Below, in pieces: positions 7,798-15,166 of a stretch of DNA of 28,055 nucleotides. The notes beneath the pieces were generated by a model. The model had not been told where the DNA came from. It saw nothing but the letters and a program-made list of their open reading frames with translations, and ran no database searches. The DNA lies in contig JAISXE010000082.1 in NCBI GenBank assembly GCA_031270615.1, forward strand, positions 1 through 28,055. The letters are read 5' to 3'. Every line of letters starts with the position of its first letter. Position 1 is the first letter of the stretch. The DNA comes from Spirochaetia bacterium (GTDB taxonomy: Bacteria > Spirochaetota > Spirochaetia > DTKZ01). A program made the translations under genes and the position numbers.

Positions 7798-8805
7798 TTA
7801 TTTAATTGCCTGAACGCGTTTGTAAATTTCCTCCCATTTGGGATACTTCTTGAACACAAGGGGAAGGCGTTCCATGAAGGGGGTTTTGTTGGGAGTAATG
7901 ACTTCCAGCCCCGCCGCCTTGAACTGGTCAACGCATTCCTTTTCGGCGGCTTCATAGCCCTGCTCAATGGTTTTCGAGGCAACCCAGAAAGCCTCTTCCA
8001 CAAGTTTTTTGTCGCCCGCGGAAAGGCTGTTGTACTTTTTGTCGGACATGATCCACGTTCCGATAGCAAGCATGTGGTCCGTCAGAATAAGGTATTTTGT
8101 GACTTCGTGGAAATTGTTTACCCTGATTTGCTGCAAGGGGTTTTCCGTTCCCTTTACCACTCCCGTCTTGATGGCCATGTACACATCGTTGATGCCGAGG
8201 GGGACCCCCGTGGTATTCAGGACGGTTGCCGCTTCCGGGTAGGGGGCAAAATTCACCACCCGCATGTTCTTGCCATTAAACTCCTGGGGGGAGGCGGCCT
8301 TGTCGGTAAAGACAACTTCCCGGAACCCGTAGTGGTAGCTGGAAATGATTTTGCTGTTCATGGCTTTTTCCAGCCCGGCGACGATTTCCTTGTAAACATC
8401 CGAGCCGATAAATTTGCGCCAGTGGCCATAGTCGCGGAACAAATACGGCCCCTGAAGGGCGCCGGCCGGCTCGTAGTAATCGCTGGAAAAACTGTGGTTA
8501 AACACATCCAGGGTTCCCATGGTTACGGCCTGGACGCTGTTGAGCTGTTCCCCGTAGGTGCCGTTTGGATAGATTTCAAACGTGATGCGGCCGTTTGTCT
8601 TTTCCTTTAGGTATTTTTCCGCCTCAAGGATTCCAAGATGGTAGGGGTCTTTTTCTGGAAACATGTGCGCCACCGTAATCTTGACCGCGGCATCCCCGGC
8701 CTGCGGAGCAGCCGGGGCCGCCTCGCCGGATCCTCCCGCAAAGGCGGAAAATCCCGCCCACATCAGCAGACACAGACCCAAAACAGCAATCCTCTTCATT
8801 TTCAT
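7798..8805 (-). CDS. dctP: TRAP transporter substrate-binding protein
   Basis: AAGGAGGA RBS; signal peptide ending AFA-GGSGE (spirochaete-type); IYPNGTYG, conserved carboxylate-binding Arg region KNMRV, YMAIKTGVVKGTENP. Confidence 0.93.
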   Translation of the reverse strand: MKMKRIAVLGLCLLMWAGFSAFAGGSGEAAPAAPQAGDAAVKITVAHMFPEKDPYHLGILEAEKYLKEKTNGRITFEIYPNGTYGEQLNSVQAVTMGTLDVFNHSFSSDYYEPAGALQGPYLFRDYGHWRKFIGSDVYKEIVAGLEKAMNSKIISSYHYGFREVVFTDKAASPQEFNGKNMRVVNFAPYPEAATVLNTTGVPLGINDVYMAIKTGVVKGTENPLQQIRVNNFHEVTKYLILTDHMLAIGTWIMSDKKYNSLSAGDKKLVEEAFWVASKTIEQGYEAAEKECVDQFKAAGLEVITPNKTPFMERLPLVFKKYPKWEEIYKRVQAIK

Positions 8806-8901
8806 CCTTTTCCTCCTTAAAATATTTGCATTTGCGTGACCCGCAAATTTTTGACGACTCCCGGGGAAAACCGCCTTGCGGCGCTTGCCCTTGCTTGTCT
8901 G

Positions 8902-8914
8902 TTGGACTTACCAA
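8902..8914. promoter_or_regulatory. FadR-subfamily operator (PdhR/LldR-like)
   Basis: Minus strand TTGGTAAGTCCAA; the context TATTGGTAAGTCCAACA matches 13/17 of the PdhR box AATTGGTAAGACCAATT. It lies just downstream of the predicted TRAP transcription start. Confidence 0.7.
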
Positions 8915-8927
8915 TAAACCATAGAGC

Positions 8928-8956
8928 AGTTTAGTACGGGCGTCTGTTTCTGTCAA
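8928..8956 (-). promoter_or_regulatory. sigma70 promoter of the dctPQM-regulator operon
   Basis: TTGACA (8956-8951), 17 nt, TAAACT (8933-8928). Confidence 0.75.
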
Positions 8957-9028
8957 CTTTTTTTTAAAGCCTCGGCTCAGAACCAGGCGAGGTTGTTCCA
9001 AAACCCAAGAAGCCCGTGGGGCGCAAGG

Positions 9029-9207
9029 GGCTGGTCGCAATTTTCTTTCAGGCCGTACAAGCAGGCCGTGGGCGTAGCCCCGCGTTGGTAGCGCAAAACG
9101 GCCTGCCGCCCATGCAACCTGGCTGGTCGCAATCCTCTTTAAGGCCGTACAAGCAGGCCGTGGGCGAAGCCCCGTGTTGGTAAAGCAAAACGGCCTGCCG
9201 CCCATGC
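9029..9207 (+). repeat. Tandem pair of ~90-bp R2 elements (9029-9120, 9121-9207)
   Basis: GGCTGGTCGCAAT...AGGCCGTACAAGCAGGCCGTGGGCG(T/A)AGCCCCG...GCAAAACGGCCTGCCGCCCATGC twice in tandem; internal stem GCAGGCCGT/ACGGCCTGC. Confidence 0.88.
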
Positions 9208-9302
9208 GCAAGGGATTGAAGCGGAAATCCCGCAAGCCCCGCAGGGGCTGAGGAATTGCAGCGGAAAGCCCGGTTTGCGGCGTAAAACGCCGCAAATGCG
9301 CC
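9206..9302 (+). repeat. R1 (Flavo-1-like) copy 2
   Basis: GCGCA-AGGGATTGAAGCGGAAATCC-CGCA[AGCCCC GCA GGGGCT]GAG-GAATTGCAGCGGAAAGCCCGG-[TTTGCGGCGT AAA ACGCCGCAAA]-TGCGCC. Its 5' leader AGCCCGTGGGGCGC sits at 9011-9024, separated by the R2 pair. Confidence 0.88.
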
Positions 9303-9472
9303 AAAATTCTGAATTGAAGTAAAACTATGGGTTTGGGGGAAAGCTCTCATGCCAGCCTCATGTATAGGAGTAACCGCGCCGCGTCCGCCGCCCTGAAGCT
9401 CCTGCCGCGATTCGCCTTGTGGTTTTCAGCATAACAGCAGGACGCGGGGAATGGAAGGCGCCCCAGTCCCCC

Positions 9473-11800
9473 TTATCTTCCCCGCCGTTTGACAAGCTCA
9501 AGGGTTTGCTTCGCGTTCGCGTTGTTCGGGTCAAGTTTGAGGGCCTGCTCGCAGTCGGCGATGGCTTTAGCGTAGTCGCCCTGTGCGTAATGCATATAAC
9601 CGCGGTTACTGAAAGCCATTGAGTTGTCCGGGGCAAGTTTGAGGGCCTGGTTAAGATCGGCAATGGCCCGCCCATAGTCCTCTTTGGCGCCATAGGCCGC
9701 TCCGCGATCGGTAAAAGCCGCCGCGTTATTCAGGTCAAGGTTGATAACCGCGGTAAAGTCGGCTATGGCCTGATCATAGTCGCCCTTACGGAAACATGCC
9801 TGGCCGCGGTAGGCAAGGGCCTCCACGTTATTCGGATCACGTTTTATGGCCTGGCTGTAATTGGCAATGGCCTGCCCGTAGTCCCATTTGCGCGCATAGG
9901 CCGTGCCGCGGCCTATAAAGGCCTGCACGTTGTTTGGGTCAAGTTTGATGACCTGGTTGTAATCGTCAATGGCGCGCTCGTAGGCAAATGTGTACAAATA
10001 CACCGTGCCGCGGTCGCTCAAAGCCTCCACGTTATTCGGATCAAGTTTTATGGCCTGGCTTAAATCGGGTATGGCACGCGCGTAATCGCCTTTGGCGGCA
10101 TACACCACGCCGCGGCCGTGAAAAGCCTGCGCGGAATCCGGGTCAAGTTTTATGGCCTGGTTAAAGTCGGCAAGGGCTTTGCCGGAGTCGCCTGTGCGAA
10201 AATACGCCACGCCGCGGTTAGAAAAAGCCCCGGCGTAATCCGGATCAAGTCTTATGGCCTGGTTAAAGTCGGCCATAGCATGCTCATAGTCGCCTTTGGC
10301 GGCATACGCCGCGCCGCGACCGACAAAAGCCTGAACGTTCTCCGGGTCAAGTTTTATGGCCTGGTTAAAGTCGGCAAGGGCTTTGCCGTAGTCGCCTGTG
10401 CGCACATACGCCTCGCCGCGGTTGGAAAAAGCCGGAACGTAATCCGTATCAAGTTTGATGGCCTGGCTTAAATCGGGTATGGCACGCTCGTAATCGCCTT
10501 TGGCGGCATACGCCGCGCCGCGGTTGTAAAAAGCCTGCACGGAATCCGGGGCACGTTTTATGGCCTGGTCCAAATCGGCAAGGGCTTTGCCGTAGTCGCC
10601 TGTGCGCACATACGCCGCGCCGCGGTTAGAAAAAGCCACGGCGTCATCCGGGGCAAGTTTTATGGCCTGGTCCAAATCGGCAAGGGCTTTGCCGTAGTCG
10701 CGGTTGGCCAGGTACATGGCAGCGCGGTTGGAAAAAACCCCGGCGTCATCCGGGTCAAGTTTTATGGCCTGGGTAAAATTGGCAAGGGCCTGTTCGGTAT
10801 CGCCTTTGGCGTAATAGGTAAAGCCGCGGACGCTAAAAGCCGCAACGCTTTCCGGGTCAAGTTTAAGGGCATGGTTTAAATCGGCAAGGGCTTTGTCGTA
10901 GTCGCCTGTGGCGTGATACGAGGTGCCGCGGTTAATAAAGGCCCGCGCGTCATCCGGGTCAAGCCTGATGGCCTGGGTAAAGTCGTCTATGGCGCGCCCG
11001 TGCACCGGCAGCTTCCGCCCTGCGGTCTTTTGGGTCATATCGAAAAAAGTCCCGATGCCGCTGAAATTTTCGTCAATGCTGGTAACATAAGACACGCTGG
11101 CGACCAGGGCCCTGCCGCGCAGCATGTAGGCGGCACGCGAATCCGGGTCAAGGCTGATGGCCTGGGTAAAATCCTCTATGGCCGCCCCGTATTCGCGCCG
11201 GGAGGCGAAGCGTATGCCCCGGTCAAGGAAGATTCCGGCTGTTTTCGGATTTTCCTGCGCGGCCTCGTAAACGGCTGCCGAGGCAAGCGGCGCGCTGTCC
11301 CGCAGGGCCGCGGCCATGTCCCGCATTTCCTGGTCGCCCCGCACGTCAAGCCGCGTGGAACTGGCATGCACTGCGGTTTTGATATTGATGGAACTGACCC
11401 GGCAGCGGTAGCGGCTGCCCGCGTTGACAAGCTGGCCGGTAATGACAAACTCCGCGCCCGCGAACTTGCCCACGGACAGGGCGGTCTCGTCGCTGACAAG
11501 GCCGGACATCTGGAAGCGCAGCTCCTTGAAAATATAGGGCAGGTTCCTGCGGTCCGCCACTTCCAGGCCGCCGTCCACCAGCGCCCCGGCAAGCTCGTCC
11601 ATGATGTAGGCGGAAAGGCCCTCGGATTCGGACTCGAAGGCCACGATTGCCACCCGCGTTCCCGGGGAAAGCCTTCCGGCAATCTCCGCCGCCGCGCGCT
11701 CTATGGCCTGGTCAAGATTCAGGGAAGCCCCCTGGTCCCGGGAGTCTGTGGCACAGGAAACAAACAGAACAAGACAAACCAGCGTTTTCAAGATTTTCAT
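9473..11800 (-). CDS. TPR-repeat lipoprotein with N-terminal CsgG/FlgO-like alpha/beta domain
   Basis: GGAGG RBS; lipobox MKILKTLVCLVLFVSC; N-terminal RVAIVAF...VADR...ITGQL domain; two divergent TPRs followed by 14 contiguous 34-aa TPRs (9530-10957). Confidence 0.88.
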   Translation of the reverse strand: MKILKTLVCLVLFVSCATDSRDQGASLNLDQAIERAAAEIAGRLSPGTRVAIVAFESESEGLSAYIMDELAGALVDGGLEVADRRNLPYIFKELRFQMSGLVSDETALSVGKFAGAEFVITGQLVNAGSRYRCRVSSINIKTAVHASSTRLDVRGDQEMRDMAAALRDSAPLASAAVYEAAQENPKTAGIFLDRGIRFASRREYGAAIEDFTQAISLDPDSRAAYMLRGRALVASVSYVTSIDENFSGIGTFFDMTQKTAGRKLPVHGRAIDDFTQAIRLDPDDARAFINRGTSYHATGDYDKALADLNHALKLDPESVAAFSVRGFTYYAKGDTEQALANFTQAIKLDPDDAGVFSNRAAMYLANRDYGKALADLDQAIKLAPDDAVAFSNRGAAYVRTGDYGKALADLDQAIKRAPDSVQAFYNRGAAYAAKGDYERAIPDLSQAIKLDTDYVPAFSNRGEAYVRTGDYGKALADFNQAIKLDPENVQAFVGRGAAYAAKGDYEHAMADFNQAIRLDPDYAGAFSNRGVAYFRTGDSGKALADFNQAIKLDPDSAQAFHGRGVVYAAKGDYARAIPDLSQAIKLDPNNVEALSDRGTVYLYTFAYERAIDDYNQVIKLDPNNVQAFIGRGTAYARKWDYGQAIANYSQAIKRDPNNVEALAYRGQACFRKGDYDQAIADFTAVINLDLNNAAAFTDRGAAYGAKEDYGRAIADLNQALKLAPDNSMAFSNRGYMHYAQGDYAKAIADCEQALKLDPNNANAKQTLELVKRRGR
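9530..10957 (-). repeat. Coding tandem array of 14 x 102-bp TPR units
   Basis: Exact 102-nt periodicity; units 4-9 (10040-10651) form three highly similar 204-bp A/B doublets. Confidence 0.9.
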
Positions 11801-11838
11801 TTCTTACCTCCCCAACGCCACCCCGGCACACCCCGGCC

Positions 11839-13413
11839 TTATTCCTGGAACATCCGGTAATCCATCTCGGGGAAAATGTTGTTCAGCTTTTCAAACGCGG
11901 TAAGCCATTCCGTGCTTACCGTGCCGGAACTCATGGAATCGTAGATCCGCGTGAAATTCGACAGGTGTTCCGTGATGCGCCGCACGGCATAGGGCACGGT
12001 GGTCCCCGCGTGCATGATGAAGGGCCAGTCCGAGGCCTGGCTTAAAAGCACCTCCCGGGCCGCGTGGTTCAGCGCCCTTTCCCGAAGGCCCCTCTCGTCG
12101 GGGTAGCGGCGCGCAAGCTCGCCCATGCGCTCGACGGCTTTGTGGATGTGGCGGTAGATCCAGTCGTTGGAGCCGTCCAGCCACACCTCGGAGTACCCCT
12201 TGTTCCCCCAGCTTGAAAAGACGGGCTGGGCCGTCTGGCCGGAGGGATACTTCGCAAGGTACTCCTGGGGGAAAACCATTTTGATGTCCCTGGTTTCGGC
12301 AAGTTTCCGGCACAGGGTCTCGATCCACTCAGGGCCCTCGAACCACCAGTGCCCGAAAAGTTCCGCGTCATAGGGCGAGACGATGATCGGGGGCCGATCC
12401 AGCTTCCCGCAGAGCCTCTGCATCTGCAAAAGCCTGCTGTAAATAAAATTGTCGGCGTGCTCGGCGATTTTCTTCTTTGCCGCGGCTATATCGTAGGGCG
12501 CTTTCTGGTCGGTCTGCCCGGTGATGGCGTAATACTTAAAACCCGTGGCCCCCCGTCCCGCGCGGAGATAGGGCGAAACATAATCCAGCGGCAGGTCGAA
12601 TCCAATATCGCGGTAAAAATCCCTGTAGGAAAAATCCCCAGGGTAACCATCCCTGGCCGACCACAGGGCGTGCGCCGAGGCGGTATCCCGCGCGAAGGCC
12701 GCAAGCCCGTTGGGACAGAACACCGGCGCGAAGGTCCCGCGCCGGGGGCCTTCGGGAATAAAAAGGACAGCCGGGGCGGCGGCAAAAAAGTAGTTTATCC
12801 CCGCCTCCTTCAGGATATTCTCCAGCCCCGGATAGTAGCCCAGCTCCGGCAGGAAAAAACCCTTCGGCGTCTTGCCGAAAACCCTACAGTGCGACTGCAC
12901 CGCGGCCCGGACCTGGGTACGGACATTCTCAGGATACATCTCATACAAAGGCAAAAACGCGTGCGTCGCCGCCGTGGTAATAAGCTCCAGATGCCCCTTC
13001 TGCATGAAAAACATGAAACCCCGCAGGATCTTTTTCCCGTACACCTCGGTAAAATCCCTCTTCGCGGCCTCGTACAAATCGCGGTACATCAGCGCCAGGG
13101 GGTGGAACCTCGCGTCCCCCCCGGTGCGCCTTACTTCCCTGTCGGCAAGCTCAAGAAGCCTGTCAACATGCCGCACATAGCGGTCCTGCAAAAGCTCGTC
13201 CTCAAGCATCGCGGCAAGGGAAGGCGAAACCGAAAGGGTAAACTTGAAAGGGATGCCGTCCTTTTCCAGCCTGGTAAAAACGCGCAGGAGCGGCAGGTAG
13301 GTTTCGGAAATAGCCTCGTAGAGCCACAGCTCTTCCAGAAGATTCTCATTTTCGGGGTGCCGCACGAAAGGCAGATGCGCGTGCAAAACAAAGGCGAGAT
13401 ACCCTTTTTCCAT
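11839..13413 (-). CDS. Glycoside hydrolase family 57, DUF1957-containing 1,4-alpha-glucan branching enzyme
   Basis: HAHLPFV motif, nucleophile region FFLPELGY, acid/base region PYDAELFGHWWFEG, C-terminal QASDWPFI. The likely start is ATG 13413 (MEKGYLAFVL). Confidence 0.92.
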   Translation of the reverse strand: MEKGYLAFVLHAHLPFVRHPENENLLEELWLYEAISETYLPLLRVFTRLEKDGIPFKFTLSVSPSLAAMLEDELLQDRYVRHVDRLLELADREVRRTGGDARFHPLALMYRDLYEAAKRDFTEVYGKKILRGFMFFMQKGHLELITTAATHAFLPLYEMYPENVRTQVRAAVQSHCRVFGKTPKGFFLPELGYYPGLENILKEAGINYFFAAAPAVLFIPEGPRRGTFAPVFCPNGLAAFARDTASAHALWSARDGYPGDFSYRDFYRDIGFDLPLDYVSPYLRAGRGATGFKYYAITGQTDQKAPYDIAAAKKKIAEHADNFIYSRLLQMQRLCGKLDRPPIIVSPYDAELFGHWWFEGPEWIETLCRKLAETRDIKMVFPQEYLAKYPSGQTAQPVFSSWGNKGYSEVWLDGSNDWIYRHIHKAVERMGELARRYPDERGLRERALNHAAREVLLSQASDWPFIMHAGTTVPYAVRRITEHLSNFTRIYDSMSSGTVSTEWLTAFEKLNNIFPEMDYRMFQE

Positions 13414-13426
13414 GGTCAGCCTATCC

Positions 13427-14215
13427 TCACTTTCCCCTGCCGCGCTCAAGAAAGTGCTCTGTTTCCGGGGAGCTGATTCTTTGCGGTATGGATTTCAGCG
13501 GCCCCGGAAAGGCCCCTTCTTCCGGTTGGGCGACATCGAGCTTTTGCGCCTCGGACAAGGCCGCCATGTCATTCTGCAGCAGGCCCTCCAGGGATTTTAC
13601 AGCCGGAACGCAGACGATGTTGGACCCGACAAGCTGTTTCTCCCAAGTCTTTCCCTGCAAAACCAGGGCCGCGCAGTAAAAAGCGTCCTGCTGCGGAATC
13701 GTGATATAGCGGCTTGAATCGCCCGCATCGATGGGAATGTCAAAAGAATCAAGAACAACCGGCGAGGCGGCCGCCCTGGGGGAGCGCGGCCTTTTTACCC
13801 GCAGAACGCGCAGAACAACATTGTCCGCCTCATGCTCTTTCTTGACCGACTTCAGCGTCCCGCCCTTGACATCCCAGTACGCGAAAGCCCAAAAAGGATC
13901 GCGCAGCATAAGCACGATCCGCATATCGTTGTAACGTTCCGGGAGGCGGAAGTTCCCCCCGCCGCCGCCCTCCGCGAACTCCTCGAAGTAGGAAAGATCG
14001 TATTTCTTTCTCTGAAGGCGCACCGAATCATTGTCCTGCGAGTCAAGCTCCTCGAATTTGTCTTCCAGAAATTCCAGAAGAAGGTCAATAAGAAGAACCC
14101 TTTCCACCTCGCGGGGAACCTCGATCCCCTCTTTCTTCGCCAACGCCCTCAAAGCGCCGTCAGAAAAAGTCCCAAGCCGCTCCCTCAGTGTGGTGATCTC
14201 CGCCGTCGAACTCAT
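13427..14215 (-). CDS. DUF4912 domain protein with N-terminal Rho-N-like helical segment
   Basis: LPERYNDMRIVLMLRDPFWAFAYWD motif; habitual neighbour of GH57 branching enzymes. Confidence 0.85.
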   Translation of the reverse strand: MSSTAEITTLRERLGTFSDGALRALAKKEGIEVPREVERVLLIDLLLEFLEDKFEELDSQDNDSVRLQRKKYDLSYFEEFAEGGGGGNFRLPERYNDMRIVLMLRDPFWAFAYWDVKGGTLKSVKKEHEADNVVLRVLRVKRPRSPRAAASPVVLDSFDIPIDAGDSSRYITIPQQDAFYCAALVLQGKTWEKQLVGSNIVCVPAVKSLEGLLQNDMAALSEAQKLDVAQPEEGAFPGPLKSIPQRISSPETEHFLERGRGK

Positions 14216-14223
14216 ATCCCGCT

Positions 14224-14252
14224 ATACTAGGCAAACCGCCCTCCCCTGTCAA
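14224..14252 (-). promoter_or_regulatory. sigma70 promoter of DUF4912-GH57-TPR operon
   Basis: TTGACA (14252-14247), 17 nt, TAGTAT (14229-14224); only 8 nt from the ATG at 14215. Confidence 0.7.
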
Positions 14253-14300
14253 GTAGGCGCCCTTCTCCGGGGCGCGGTTGGCTTTTCAGTGCATTTTTTT

Positions 14301-14331
14301 GGGGGAAGCCTCCCACTGTCAACACGTCAAG
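14301..14331 (+). repeat. Family R3 31-bp arm (left), inverted relative to 14459-14489
   Basis: GGGGGAAGCCTCCCACTGTCAACACGTCAAG vs reverse complement of 14459-14489 GGGGGAGGATTCCCACCGCCAACAGGTTAAG: 24/31 identical. Confidence 0.6.
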
Positions 14332-14341
14332 AAAAAGATGT

Positions 14342-14449
14342 GCGCCTTTTTGGCGCTCCCGCGCCAAAAACCGGGCTTTCCGCTCCAATTCCTCAGCCCC
14401 TTGCGGGGCTTGCGGGATTTCCGCTACAATCCCTGGCGCCCCACGGGCT
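14342..14449 (-). repeat. R1 (Flavo-1-like) copy 3
   Basis: Minus strand AGCCCGTGGG-GCGCC-AGGGATTGTAGCGGAAATCC-CGCA[AGCCCC GCAA GGGGCT]GAG-GAATTGGAGCGGAAAGCCCGG-[TTTTTGGCGC GGGA GCGCCAAAAA]-GGCGC. Confidence 0.88.
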
Positions 14450-14458
14450 GACCTATGC

Positions 14459-14489
14459 CTTAACCTGTTGGCGGTGGGAATCCTCCCCC
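14459..14489 (-). repeat. Family R3 31-bp arm (right)
   Basis: Inverted partner of 14301-14331 (24/31 identity). Confidence 0.6.
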
Positions 14490-14610
14490 TTGCGGGGACT
14501 TCCGCCCCCGCAACGCAGCGTTCCAATTTGGAGATCCCCTCCCCGCGTTTTTGTTTCAGGCTTTGATATACCCCCCTGGCTGAATAGTTACAAATAATTC
14601 AAAAAACCAC

Positions 14611-14639
14611 TTGCCGAAAAAAAATTTTTGCAGTATTAT
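14611..14639 (+). promoter_or_regulatory. sigma70 promoter of perR-rbr
   Basis: TTGCCG (14611-14616), 17 nt, TATTAT (14634-14639). Confidence 0.7.
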
Positions 14640-14645
14640 AAATAT

Positions 14646-14664
14646 GATAATAATAACTATTATT
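14646..14664. promoter_or_regulatory. Fur/Per box
   Basis: GATAATAATAACTATTATT matches 15/19 of the classical Fur box GATAATGATAATCATTATC; it sits at the predicted transcription start of a Fur-family gene. Confidence 0.8.
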
Positions 14665-14707
14665 GTTTTAAGTTATTTTAGTCGTTCTTGAAGTTTTGGA
14701 GATATGT

Positions 14708-15115
14708 ATGGCGGTTACAAAAAAGCACAGCAAAAAGCGTGACGCGATTTTGCGGGAAATGCTGGCCACGACCCGGCATCCGGGCGCGCAGTGGGTGCAT
14801 GAAAGGCTTAAAGCGCGTATCCCCGATTTGTCGCTGGGCACGGTTTACCGTAATATCGGGCTGTTTGTGCAGGAAGGGCTGCTGCGGCCGCTGGGCGTCA
14901 TAAACGGCGAGGAAAGGTTTGACGCCCATGTGGAGCCGCACCCCCACCGCGTATGCATCTCCTGCGGGCGCATCGAGGATGTCCCCTGCCCGAATGAGGC
15001 GCTTTTGAAACGCCTGCACGGGAAAAATGCCGGCGGGCCGGGAGGCTTCCAGATTGATTTCCGAAAGACCGTTTTTTACGGGGTCTGTCCCCACTGTTCG
15101 GATCAAGGCACATAG
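14708..15115 (+). CDS. perR: Fur family regulator, PerR-like peroxide sensor
   Basis: GGAG RBS then ATG 14708; HPGA, SLGTVYRN, RFD...HPH, CISC, IEDV and CPHC. This is the B. subtilis PerR ligand pattern (H37, D85, H91, H93, D104, two CxxC). Adjacent to rubrerythrin. Confidence 0.8.
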   Translation: MAVTKKHSKKRDAILREMLATTRHPGAQWVHERLKARIPDLSLGTVYRNIGLFVQEGLLRPLGVINGEERFDAHVEPHPHRVCISCGRIEDVPCPNEALLKRLHGKNAGGPGGFQIDFRKTVFYGVCPHCSDQGT

Positions 15116-15166
15116 CGGCCACGGCCGTTATAAATAAAACACTTTTTTGATATGGAGGTATCAAGT

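Noticed and set aside
8624-9350. ORFs of 226 aa and 100 aa across the 9011-9302 repeats
   Set aside because: Their repeated peptides (GLRPRPACTA) are just translations of the R2 tandem, and they run over the TRAP promoter and the dctP start.
9358-9693. 111-aa ORF overlapping the TPR gene end
   Set aside because: Alternate frame of the TPR repeats; there is no evidence of a frameshift because the main ORF ends cleanly.
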